Assembly (NCBI GenBank): GCA_958009085.1
Contig: OY253684.1
Coordinates: 1 to 64,000, forward strand
Length of the DNA stretch: 64,000 nucleotides
Reading direction: 5' to 3'
DNA from: Protoeuglena noctilucae
Taxonomy: Eukaryota
A program made the translations under genes and the position numbers. Of the stretch, positions 35,999 through 47,840 are shown one piece after another (within the stretch, counting starts at the first letter, position 1; every line of letters begins with the position of its first letter). The notes below the pieces were generated by a model, which did no database searches, was not told the origin of the DNA, and worked only from the letters and a program-made list of their open reading frames with translations.

Positions 35999-38775
35999 AT
36001 GGCGGTCAGTAGTACGGCCATCGCAGGCATCGTCGTGGGCATCGGGGTGTTCGCATTGCTGAAAATTTTGATGTACATTATGCTGCGGAAGGTGAGAGTG
36101 GCTGCCGCCTCTCAGGTATTTGACGATATATCTTCGCATTTCCGGCTCGGCGGGGGTCTGCGGGCGTCCCTGCTCCACAGGCCGTCCCAACCTGCAACGC
36201 TCGCAGGTTTTAGGCGAACGCGTGTGGAAAATTGCCGCACAGGACCTGGTGTACGCGACGCCGCGTGTTTTGCTAGGTCACGGCGCTTTCGGCGTGGTTG
36301 TGCTCGCGAAATACAGGTGTGTAATACCCGCGCGCAGCGGGTATGTTGGGCAGGGAGCCGCTAGGTCAAGGGCGCATGCGCTCAGCCTGGGTCGCTGCTG
36401 GTCGTCTGCAGGGGTACGCGGGTGGCAGTCAAGACGCTTCTGGTGGGCAACGAGGTCGGGAGCAACAAGGTGGCGGACGATGGGTTCGCGTCGGCGGTGG
36501 GCAAGGAGGTGAAGAGCGTGGGGACGCGCAGCACGACGACCATGGACAACAACAAGGCCAGCTCCGGGGGCACGGGCAGGGTGGAGAGGAGCATGGACGT
36601 GGAGCTGGGCGGGGGGGCGAAGGAGGGGGTAGCAGCTGAGGCGGTGGAGGCGGCTCATGTGAGCGTGCCGGAGTGGGTGCCGCCGGTGGCTGCAGAGGAG
36701 GCCGAGGACGGGCAGGGGGGCGGCCGTGGGGGTCCCCTGTCGGCACGCAAGAGCACGGTCAAGGTGGGGGCCAGGTCCGATGAGGACGCCAAGTGGGAGG
36801 TGTCCGAGGCAGCACGCGAGAGCCTGGCCGCGCGGGGGGGGTTCAGCAAGGTGCGCGTGACCAAGCGCAGCAACGGGCGCACGCTGGTGACGGTGGACGG
36901 CACGATGCGCCGCGCGAGCCGCCGCCGGGCGCTGCAGGACTTCCGCAAAGAGATCCGCCTGCTGAGCCGTCTGCGGCACCCCAACATCATGACGGTCATG
37001 GGCGCCGTGGTCGAGAAGGCGAGGGACGCGGGGCGGGGCAGGGCATGCCTTCCGAGCGAGCGCAGGTGTGACGAACAGCGCGAGACCCATGCCGTTGCGC
37101 TTTGTCCGCAGGGGCAGCTCCCCAGCTTGGTGATGGAGTTCATGGAGGCGGGGTCCCTGTACCACCTGCTGCACAACCGCTCGGTGCCTGTGGAGCCCCA
37201 CGTGGCGCTGGGCCTGCTCCAGGACGTGGCGTCGGGGATGACATTCCTGCACCTGTCGGGCATCCTGCACAACGACCTCAAATCGCGCAACGTGCTCGTC
37301 GATGCTCGCTTCCGCGCCAAGGTGGCCGACTTCGGCCTGTCAACGCTCCACGCCACGGCGCGCCACGTGGGCACGCCCCTGTGGATGGCGCCGGAGCTGC
37401 TGCGGGGGGAGCCGGCGTCCCCCGCGTCGGACGTCTACTCTTTCGCCATCGTGGCTTGGGAGGTGCTGACGCGGCGGGAGCCCTACGACGAGATGGACCT
37501 GGGGGCGGTGCTAGACGAGGTGGCCAACCCGTACCTGGAGCCGCCCACGCGGCCCTTCCTGCCCAGCATCTTCAACGAGGACATCACCAGCCTCATCCGG
37601 TGACGGAGCTGCCCCTTGCAACGCTCGCTGGCTGCTGGGTACCGAGAGTTCTCTCTTCTGACTGGGAACTGCGCGCCACCTGCGCCCGCAGGGACTGCTG
37701 GCACCGCAAGCCCCACCGCCGGCCCAGCTTCGAGGAGATCCAGTCCCGCCTGGCGCGCATGGATGCCTCGGCCCTCGTCCCGCGCGTGTGGTCCCCTGGC
37801 GCCCTGGCCGCCACCCCCGTGGCTGCCGCCTGGGCCGCGGCTGCCGAGGCCCACGAGAGCAAGGGCGGGGCGTGGGCCAGCGATGACGATGCGGCTGACC
37901 CCAAGGCCAGCGCCAGCGTCAGCTTGGTGCCCAAGCCGGGGGGCCGCCCGACCGCGGCCGAGCACGTGACGGCGGTGGTGGTGGGGCTGTCGGACGCCAC
38001 GCCGGTGCGGCGCCGGGCTTCGGGCCTGGCGAGCCCCGAGGAGGACGGGGCGTGGGCGACGCGGGCGGTCACGGGCCCTGTGGTGACGGCGGCGGCGTCG
38101 CTGCTGAGGCGCGTGGCCGACTCTGCCAGGGACGCGGGGCTGCGTGCCGTGGCGACGGGCGGCGCGGCCTTCGTCGCCGTGGCGGGGCTGCGGGGAGAGC
38201 TCCCCGTGGACCAGGCGCGCGCTGCAGGGACGTTTGCCCTGGAATGCATCCGGTGAGCGACTGACCCGCGGTTCGTTCAGCGTGAGTTCGTTTTCAAACC
38301 TCTCACGACCGCCTCGCTTTGCCCTCGCTCTCCCCCAGAGCCGCCACGGAGCTCGGCTTCGGTGCCAACGACCTCCGCGCCGCGCACGTTCGCGTGGGCA
38401 TCCATGGGGGCCCCGTCTCGGTGGCCGCGACGAGCCTGGGCGGTGCGGCACGCGTGTCCCTCTTCGGCGACACCATGAGCATCGCGGGTGCCATGGAGAA
38501 GGCGGCCCTGCCCGGACGCATCCTGGTGAGGGAATCGTGCGATGTCAGGCTGCGCGACAAGGTCAGGCTGCGCGACAGAGCTGCCGTGTGCTGCGCTCGC
38601 CCCGTCACGCCTGCCGCTCCGCTCCCTCCCTGTGCAGGTGTCGGGCGTGACGGCCCGGCTGATGCGCGCCCCACGGCCCCAGGGCCTGGGGCGTCGCTTG
38701 GAGCGGACGGACGAGGTGGAGGTGGCAGGCAAGGGGGACATCGAGGTCCACTGGCTCCTCGACGAGTCCGCCTGA
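35999..38775 (+). CDS. Single-TM TKL-type protein kinase fused to a degenerate class III nucleotide cyclase domain
   Basis: N-terminal TM; GHGAFG, VAVK, HNDLKSRN, DFG, GTPLWMAPE and SDVYSF; C-terminal VRVGIHGGPV...LFGDTMSIAGAME...GKGDIEVHWL. Confidence 0.88.
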
Positions 38776-39292
38776 CCGCAAAGAGACGTTTCAAACCAAC
38801 AGTTTTTCCTTTTCCGCATCGCCCGCTTTACAGTCGTCTTCCCGCATCGTTTGTGTTCCCAGAATGCGTGCCATGGGTCACATGCATTCAGACTGCCTGG
38901 TAGGAATGTTCTTTTCAGGACTAGGCGCTCGCTCGCACCCCACGCGTCGAGCAGCGCACCCAGACCAGCACGGCGGCCGCGCCAGTGCGTGCCGCATGCA
39001 TGGTTGGCGAGGGCGCAGTGGCAGACGCGACCGCCGCACATCTCGCTAGCATAGCACACCGGGCAGTTGGGTGCAGATCCAGTGCCGTGCTAACCAAGGG
39101 TTGGTAAGCACGCATAGAACAGCGGCTCGTGCCGCAAGGGTTAGGGCTCTGCTTGCTTCACACATACGGGGCACTAGGCGCAGTCATGCCTGTGCAGGCA
39201 GCCCAGCGCTCCTTTTAATACGTGACACCGTGACCCGAGCATTACGCCCGGTTATAAGCATGGTCGTTTCACAACGGTCTCGCATCGCCGCA

Positions 39293-40527
39293 TCACGGTC
39301 CCCTGCTTGGCACGACCTGGGCTTGTGCGCCCGGGTCTGCCACGCCAGCCAGCGACGCCAACACCTCCGCCCCCTCGAAATCTAGCGGCCTGAAGGAACG
39401 GAGAAGCAACTTATCCACCATGCCACGGCTGTGGCCGCTGTCACATCCAGCAGCTCCAATGCGCAGGGAAGAGCGTCTCACCGCGCCCACGCGCGCAGGG
39501 CCTGCACCACATGCTTCCGCCCCTCCGGGTCCGCCAGGTTCCCCGCCACCCACGCCCGCACGCGCCCCTCAGGCACCATCCGCGCCCGCTCCTCCGGCCC
39601 CGCCCGCACGTACGCCCCCGCCGCATCCGTGTCCCCCGCCGCCAACAGCATCGCCACCACTTGGGCCTCGCGCTGCGCCAGGGCTGGGAAGCGCCGCCCC
39701 TCGCACCGCAGCGCCGCCAGCGCCAGGGGACTTCGTTCGTTGCCGACGGGGGCGTGCAGCGCACCTTGCTGCACGTTGTACTGCAGCACTTCATTCAGCA
39801 TGACGCCTCCACTGGCATCCTCAGGCGACAGCGTCGCCCCCACACGCAGGCGCACGCGGGAGAGGCGGAGGAGGTGGTAACCCCCTTCCGTCTCGTGCAT
39901 GCGCTGCAGCTGCGGGGCCGTGAGGTAGGTGACGGCCAACTGAAGTCTGGCGCCCGGGCACCGCTCGAGGGTGGCGGTGACGCTGCCGTACCCCGCAATG
40001 CAGGGGCCGAAGACAGAGTCGAAGTCGTCTAAGACGCTCTGGGGGAGTGGCGAGGGGGGTCACAGTCAAGTCCGAAGAAGTGTTGGCGGAGTCAGGTAGG
40101 CCCGGCTGTGACTGCCTTAGTCTGGCTGAGAGTGGCTGGCGAAAGCACCACGGGCACACGAGCCATCGCACAGGCAGCCAGGCACCTGGACGACGGGGAT
40201 GACGTCAGGGCCCTCATAGAGCGCCGGAGCATACTTGCGCGCGAGGGCAGAGGGACTGGCGTTGCTGCCTATCGCGAGGACAGGAGTGCGGGGCTCGGCT
40301 GCGATGGCTTGCGGATCCATCCCCGCGCCGGCGAGCGCGTCACGCACGGACACGCGCCCCGATCCGTCGGGACGCTGCAGGGCCGCGTCCAACTCGAGCG
40401 CGCCCTTCCACGAGCGCGTGTCAAAGGGCCAGGCGCGGCCAGCGAGAAAGAGGAACGAAGTGTCCTGGAGATCGAAGGGGTAGCCGAGGGCGCGCTCGTA
40501 CTGCTCGTCCGACATCGCGCCCGCCAT
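39293..40527 (-). CDS. Gamma-glutamylcyclotransferase/AIG2-like fold protein, 3 exons
   Basis: RTPVLAIGSNASP (YGSN-like loop), YGSVTATL and QLQRMHETEGGY (LDxxEGY-like). Confidence 0.65.
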
Positions 40528-40888
40528 CCTTGCGCGCCTGGCCAGTGCGCGCCGAGACGGGCGCAGGCGCTGAGCTCGGCGCACAGCGGATGGAGAGGGC
40601 GCAGGGAGACGCAGAGAGCACGACATCGGGGATCTGGTGGACGAGGCGCAACGCAGCGAGGCAAAAGTGCTAGAAGAGTGACAGACAACGTCTCAGCTAG
40701 CGCCAACATCTGCGGTTGTATCCACACTGGCCAAAAAAAAGAAAAAATCGTGTACGGTAAAGCAACCCGTTGAGCGCAGCAGAGGCGAACTGCAGACGCG
40801 CAATTAGGCGGTGCAAGCCAGGCTCCCATTGCTTGTGCGTACTGTACGCGTAAGGTGGCATCGGGGCACGGCATCCGTCAGCAAGCTC

Positions 40889-41633
40889 ATGTCCATCCTC
40901 GCCTTGCTGCGCGCTACGAATCGCGGGCGGGGCCTGGGCTTGCTTCCTGGGGCCGCACGGGTGAGGAGCCCCAGCCGGAGCCCTGCCCTGATGCCCGAGA
41001 TGCGCGCTAAGCGAGCTAACGAGCTAACCAAGAACAGCACGGCTCTCGCAGGCCCTGCAATCGTCCGGTCCAGCCCTCGCGCGGGCTCGGGGGGGCTCCG
41101 AAGACTCCGCGTCGTCCTTGCCGACCGTAATCAACGTGAGCGCTGCGTCGCTGCCCTGGCCGCTCCAATGCATCCGCTTTTCCGTTCATACCGAATGCGC
41201 TGGATGCTTTCCTCCCTCGCCAGGGCAACGAGGTGCTCCCCGACCAGGCGCCCACCCAGCAGGACCCGTGGCTGGCCGTCAGGGACAAGGCGAGCGGCGG
41301 CATCTACTGGTGGAATCCAGGAAACGACCAAGTCACCGCCGTTGGGGACCCCAAGCCCCTTCAGCCCGTGCTCCCTCCAGCCTCGACCCCGGGGCCCTTT
41401 GACGCCTACCGTCAGGCAAGCGAAGGGGACATGACAGGGAGGGTCGGGCCGTGTTGAGGGATCCTCTGCTTATGTTACGTGGACCAGCTCCAGCATCATC
41501 TCGTCAGCGTTCATTCTCCCGCCCCTCGCAGTACCAGGCACAGGCGCCTCTGGGGGACCTCCTGAAGCAGAACCTGGTGATGGGACTGGGCTTCGGTGCT
41601 GCGGTCGCCTTCGTCGCCGCGCTCTTCCGCTGA
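40889..41633 (+). CDS. Small WW/OCRE-like domain protein with presequence-like N-terminus and C-terminal TM, 4 exons
   Basis: DPWLAVRDKASGGIYWWNPGNDQVTAVGDPKP; C-terminal MGLGFGAAVAFVAALFR. Confidence 0.75.
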
Positions 41634-41672
41634 CCGGTGCCCTCGTGGCTCGCTTGCGTCTGCACGCCACCG

Positions 41673-42503
41673 ATGGACGCGCCGTCCGCGTCGCCCCAAC
41701 GACGCACCTCCCGGCCTCCTCCAGCCCCCTGGTGGCCCCCGCGGGGGATGCCCTTCGAGGTCGTCGCCCCGTGCCCGACGCCCCCGCCGCCACGTGACGC
41801 CTATGTGTCGGCACGTGCGAGCGAGCTCCTCAACACTTGCCCTGGGGGACCGTGGGCGCAGGGGTGGCAGGCGTGGCCGGCGGCTGGTTTCCATGCGCCG
41901 TACGGATTTGCTTCGGGGGCATGGGGCCGTGGGGGGCAGTCAGCGTGGCCAGGGCAAGCCGCGTGGGCGTGGCCAGGCGGGATGGGCCACGGGTGGGGCG
42001 GGGCCCAGGGCACGCCCGTAGGAAAGGGCATGCCGGCGAGCAAGGAAAGGCCCGCGAGCAAGGGCGCCGCCCGCACCGCCCGTGGGGGCGACCTGAGGGG
42101 CGAGCGGTCGCGAGAAGCAAAGGGCGGAGGGACTCAGCCGGGGCATGCTGAGAGTGCTTCGCGGGTGCTTTTCTCGGTGACGCGGGAGGAGCTTATGGGG
42201 GAGATGGAGGTGAGGGAGCGACGGCGGGTGTGGTTGGTGCGGCTGCGCGACCGCCCGCCAGGTCGGCGACGATCGATTGCAGGCTGTCGTCGCACCCTGT
42301 TGCAGGGTATGCCGGAGGATTGGGACCCCATGGCTGGTGCCGGGGAGGTCTTGCCGGAGGAGTGGGAGCTGAGTGAGGAGTGGGCGATGCGGTTCGAGGC
42401 GACCGCCAAGCAGCGCGAGAGGCAGCTGGGCAAGGGGCGCGTCCAGGCGCTGCGCAACATCCTGCGCAAGCGACATCAGGAGTCCGGGGAGCCCAGCGCG
42501 TGA
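41673..42503 (+). CDS. Uncharacterised Trp/Gly/Pro-rich protein; C-terminal motif weakly reminiscent of Gemin8
   Basis: ATG at 41673, one in-frame GT-AG intron (~42210-42306), C-terminal EEWELSEEWAMRFEATAKQRER. Confidence 0.55.
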   Translation: MDAPSASPQRRTSRPPPAPWWPPRGMPFEVVAPCPTPPPPRDAYVSARASELLNTCPGGPWAQGWQAWPAAGFHAPYGFASGAWGRGGQSAWPGQAAWAWPGGMGHGWGGAQGTPVGKGMPASKERPASKGAARTARGGDLRGERSREAKGGGTQPGHAESASRVLFSVTREELMGEMEVRERRRVWLVRLRDRPPGRRRSIAGCRRTLLQGMPEDWDPMAGAGEVLPEEWELSEEWAMRFEATAKQRERQLGKGRVQALRNILRKRHQESGEPSA

Positions 42504-42666
42504 CGGTTTGCGGCGCTGCGTCAACCGGCTGACAGCCGGTTCCCCTGTCGGGCTGGCGGACCGGACTTGGGTTAGGGGACGCGATCGCACCTTCTTTGAA
42601 CACAGTCGAGGCCTATCGATTGAAACACCGCCGAGCGAACACCGGCGACCCCGCTCTCGCGACGAC

Positions 42667-45270
42667 ATGCCGCCCTCGATGCTGGGGATTGGCGCCCTGC
42701 TCCTCGCGGGGCTCGGAGTGGGTGAGTTCGAAGCGCAGTTGCACAGTTCAATGCGGTCGAGGATTCGCGGTCTTCAGGGAGGGGGCGGTGGGGAGCGGCC
42801 GTTTTGGGACGCGGCCTCCCAAAGTGGCCCCTCCCGCGCCTCGGCTGCGCACCCATTTGTCTCGATTGGCACCATCGCGATCATGAACAGCGTCCCTCTG
42901 GCTTGCGACGCCCCGAGCGTGACGCGCCGGCAAGACCTGCACCTCACCTCTAGGTCCCGCGGGCGCCTCATCCGCGGGGCTCCACCCCTCGGAGGGCTCC
43001 CGATCGTAGATTGGAGCCATGCTTGATCTCCCGGTCGCTTGGTGCCTTCGATGCGATGATCCTGCGGAGACGAGGTGGCGCTCCAGATGCGGGGCTCTCG
43101 CGCCTGCCATGAGCCGCCGTCCCCTCGTCCGCGCCCGCAGGCTGTCTCGAGCAGGTCGTGTCCATCCAGCAGCCAGGGCAGAACCTCTACGTGGGCCCCG
43201 AAGGTGCGCTTTGGGGGCTCTGCTGTACAAGCGTTTTTGGGCCCACGCCGGGCCACGAGAAGAGGCAGTGCCCGCGCCAGCCGCAGGCGTGTTCGTCGGC
43301 GGGAAGCGCGTCGGCTCGCCGGCCCTGCCCTCCGTGCCCGTGAAGCCGACCAAGACCTCCACCACGTCTTGCATCAGCTCCAACGCGTCCGTGCCGTCCT
43401 TCTCCCTCTACAATGCCTGCCAGGCGCTGACCCTCATCAACAAGGCGAGGCCGCGGCTGGATGGAGCCTGCGCGATGGCCAGTCTCGCGATACGCTCGTC
43501 TCGCAACACGCTGCGACGCGCTGCTTTACCCCCAGGGCGGCTTCAGCTCTGCGGCTGGGAACGACGCGGCTGGGCTCTACTGCAACGTGTGCAACCCCAA
43601 CCTCTCGTCCTCGGACGCCTTATCCATCTCGAGCGCCGCCGGCCACACCGTCACATGCAGCGGCGGCGGTGGCACCAGCATGGTGAGATGAGGCGGGGCG
43701 ACGGGACAGGGCCTGGCGTAGCGAGGGCGATGGCGCAAATACTCGGTGGTTGTTATCCTCGCATCCACCAGAGCCTCGTGTCCCCCCCGGTGCAGGTCAA
43801 CACGTCTTCCGGCGGCGGTGGCGGTGTCACGCAGGTGAACCGCGCCATGCTTCAGGACTTCGGGTACGGCAGCTACGGCGGGGGTGAGGAGGAGGAGGAG
43901 GAGGAGGAGGGCGGCTTCGTGCGCCGCCTGGCCAAGAAGAAGAAGAAGTCCAAGACCGGCCGCCGCATGGAGAGCGTGGACGCGGGCGACGCGGCCGAGG
44001 AGGGGACCTTCGCGCGCCAGCTGGCCAAGAAGAAGAAGTCCAAGCCCCAGCAGCCGCAGCAGTCGAAGCCCACGAACATGCGCCGCATGGAGAGCTTTGA
44101 CACGGGTGAGGGGCAGAGGGGCGCAGATGCGCGTGTGCCACGAGCGGGGGTGGCGGAGGGGGGTAGTGGTATCGCAGGGGCACCCACGGCTGAGGGGGGG
44201 GGGGGGGGGGGGGGGGGGTACCCGGCCCTGGGCATAGGGCCCGTGCTGCCCCCTTCCCGGGGCATGCGATGGCGGAGGGGTGAGTCCTGGCTGGCGTGCG
44301 TTGAGCGTGGTCATAGCACCCTGCAGCTGTGGGCAGTAGCACATCGACATTGGCAAGGGTGGGCATTGTCTCGCATCTCTGTTATCTATTCGCTGTCCTC
44401 GCAGACGGCGACGTGGCGAGTGCGCGCGTCCTGCGGGGCCGCAGGTGTGTCACGAGCGCATCCCTGGCGAGGCACTACATGCTACACGCGGGTCTGTGCA
44501 CGCGTCTTCCTGCAACAGCACACCCCCCCGCTGCTGTGTCTGCGCAGGGACCTGCGGGTGGTGCAGGTCAACAGCCCCGGTCAGTCGGTGCAGGAGTGCA
44601 ACGGCAAGACGGTCGTCACGCCCACCCAGGGATCGGCCGTCAACGTGTGCACCCCCAGCGGCAGCACCAGCACCACGTGAGAGCGGCGCCATAGCTAAGC
44701 GTGCCTCAGCCACGCATGCCTCGCTCGCTGCCACTTGTGCACCCACCCCCGTGTTCCCCGCAGAGCGCGCCGCCTGTCCGACACGCAAGTCAACCAGTCG
44801 TCTGGCAACACGGGCGGCGTGTCCCAGGTCAACGCCTCCCCCAGCGGGTCCCAGGTCAACACCAACCCCAACAACACCCAGGTCAACTCCAGCTCTGGGT
44901 CGTACTCTGGTTCCAGCTCGGCCGTGGGCGTCGGGGACGTCTTTACCACCTGCTCCTACATCCACGAGATGTGGTCCAACAAGTCCTACAGCAGCGGCAA
45001 GTGAGTGGCCGAGGCGACGCTATTGGTGCGCAAGTGTGCTGCCGATGCATGAGCACACTGCCGATGCACGAGCGCACACTTCCAGGCGCTTGATTGGCGA
45101 CGATGCACTTCCTTGGCAGCGATGCAGATGTCATTTGCTCATTCCAATGCTCCATCATTGCCCTCAGGTCGTACGCCAAGAGCCTGTACTGCGAGTTGGG
45201 CTGCGGCAACCTCTGCTCGGCCCAGAAGAACAGCCTGCGTGCTCAAGTGGGCACGCTCATCCAGTGCTGA
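42667..45270 (+). CDS. Secreted modular precursor protein (signal peptide, two Cys modules, QVN repeats, poly-E/poly-K blocks, RxL sites), about 9 exons
   Basis: Phase-consistent splicing from MPPSMLGIGALLLAGLGVGCLEQ to SLYCELGCGNLCSAQKNSLRAQVGTLIQC*; strong C/G third-position bias in exons. Confidence 0.75.
44194..44218 (+). repeat. Poly-G tract (~25 nt) in an intron
   Basis: Homopolymer G run. Confidence 0.9.
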
Positions 45271-45483
45271 GGGACTGTCCCTGACCCACGCATGTTGGTG
45301 CTGGCTGCTACGGAGCGGGTGCGGTGTGCATGTGCGTGCGTGCGCAGGCCTTGAAGGGTGGCGCTTGTGGAACCACAGCGATGCAAGCCAGGCCACGACG
45401 CAGCCAGTCACACGGTCCCACCCCGCCATGCTCAGGGCATGCATGCACCTCCCGCTCTGTGTCCTGGTCAAACGATAATTCAA

Positions 45484-47663
45484 TCATTCGACGTTATCCA
45501 GAAGGGCCCGGCGCAACCGCGGAGGAAGGCCCTCCACCCCCGGCGACCCACGACGCGCCGCCTGCCCCCCTCGCCCGTATCCATTCGCACCCGCACTCCC
45601 CGTTCCACCCCTCGCCGCGTCATTCCTGCCCCCTCGGCCCGCTTCGGCCTCAACCGCCTCCCCCAGCCCACGTTCCGCCCCGCTCCTCGCCCCGCCCACC
45701 TCCCCCGCACCCTCCGCTCCCAACCTCGCCCCATCGCTGCCCATCCCCGTCTCCGATGAAGACGCCCAGGGGTCGTCAGGCACTCGGAACGCAAACCGAT
45801 CCCCCACACCGGGACCCAACCCCTCCCGCGCAGCTGCTGATGCATCTCTGCCTACCGGCGCCACGCCTGCGCCCCCCTGCAGACCCTCTCCCTCCTCCCG
45901 CACCCACAGCACTCCACCTCGCTGCCCTGCGGTCCCCTCCGCCCCCTCCCCACGCGCAGTCGCCTCGTCCCCGTCCCGCACCCATAACACCCCTCCCGCC
46001 CCTCTCGCACTGGCCCCTCCTGGCCCCTCGACCTCACCAGCTGACGCTAACCCCGGCGCCACGGCCTCTCTCGTGGGCAGGGGTGGCGGTGGGGCCTGGG
46101 CCGGTGCATTGTCGGGTCCCGTGCCTATGCCCGCATCGTCACTCGTTGCTGGCGGAGTGCCCCGGGACCTGACGATCGCCGAAAGAGCCTCAGCTGCCGT
46201 GGCCACTCCGTAGGCGAGGAAGGCGGCGACGAGGCCAGGGCTGACTTGCACAAAGAGCCTGGGTGGCAGGGGGGGTGCGGGTGGTGCAGTGACACGACCG
46301 ATCGCAGACATGTCGCGGACACCCACGCGCATGCCCCTGCCTGCATCTCACCGCAGCGCTCTCGCCACACTGGCACCGGCATCCGTGTCCCAGACGCCAC
46401 CCTCCAACTCCGCCACCCACGCATTGGCAGCACGGTACGCGCTCAGCGCGCCACCCAGCACGCCGCCCCCGCCACCCCTCGCATCCGACGCCCGCTTCCC
46501 CTCTCTCTCTCGCCCCTCTCCGACTCCCCCCGCACCGCCCTGCCCCTCCTGCTCCTCTCTCATCCGCCGCACCAAGTCCATGAACGTCAAGCCACCCGGC
46601 TCGTCACCGTCTGCGTCCTTCGCCACCGCATCCGCCGCGGCACCAGAAGGGGGCGGAACGGGCGTTGCGGTGCCTGGAGACACGCCAGGCATCGCAAGGG
46701 CGCTGTTGCCGCCCGACGCGTCACGCGACGGCACCCTGCCCGTGGCTTCTGCTGCCCCGCCGACCCTGTTATCGGCCGGGGCGGGCGGCATGTCCACGCG
46801 CTCCCCCCCCTCGGGTGCAGGGCTGGCCAAGGGCGGGGCCGAGCGCGCACCCACCAAAGCCTGGGGCGCATGGGACGGGGCTTGGCATTTAATGCCGGAA
46901 CTCATGCGCCCCCATACACGACATTGTGTTGAAGATGATATGACTTTAGACTCCGTGTCCCACGCACCCGGGTCAGCTGCTCGAGGGGACCACTGCCCCC
47001 GCCCTGCCCTGCCAGGCCGCCCAGCACCCCCGCCAGACCCCGCGCCGTCCCCCGCTCGTCCGCCGTGAGCATCGCGTCCAGGAGGTCAAGGAGTTCCGAG
47101 TCAGACATCGTCGACAGCCGCTGCGCCACTTCCCTCTGCACAATGGCCTCCTGCACCCAGCGCAATGCGACTCAGTCGCTGAGCGGACTCACACAGGCAT
47201 TACTGGAGTCATACCAAGACAATAGCTGGCATGCGCACCACCGGGAGTGCCCACGCGCAGCCGGCGAAGGGGAGCAAGCCCATGCCGAGTCGCACCGCCC
47301 CACACGCACCAGCCGGGGACGGTCGGCGTTCACCCATGACAGAGCGCCCGCGTGGACGGCGTCCGCTCTCGCTGCCCACACCAGCGACGCCAGGAGAGCC
47401 GCGGCGAGGCCCGCTGAGCACGAAGGACGCGGACGGCCATCCCGGCCGCAGGCCGCGACGCGTCTCTCGGCGACTCGGCCACGGCGTGCGCGAGCTCGGT
47501 CAGCCCCAGACTGCCGGCCGGGACGGTGCGTCGGCGTGAGAGTGCGGCCGAGGAGGACCAAATGCGCCGGCATGGACGGCCCTCGAGAAAGGGCAGCGCG
47601 GTCGTCGTCTCCCCGAGTGCCTGCGTCCGATGGGTTTGGACTAGGCCTGACCAGATCTGCCAT
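45484..47663 (-). CDS. Uncharacterised protein, possibly plastid-targeted, with hydrophobic segments
   Basis: Arg-rich N-terminus followed by hydrophobic LAAALLASLVWAARA; exons WVQEAIVQREVAQRLSTMSDSELLDLL and VSPGLVAAFLAYGVA; ends RRALLDNVE*. Confidence 0.55.
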
Positions 47664-47840
47664 CCGCCTGGGACCGCTGAGGACCTCTGAGGACGCGCCT
47701 GGGAGCTGCCAGTGTCCGGCATGCGCAGGCCGGCAGCCGTGCCAGACAAGGCGGGGAGCTCGGCCCGCCTCGCGGGGGGCCGTGCGGCAAAACTAGCGCG
47801 CAAACACCGTCGCTGCTGGCCTTATGGGCACGTCGCGACG

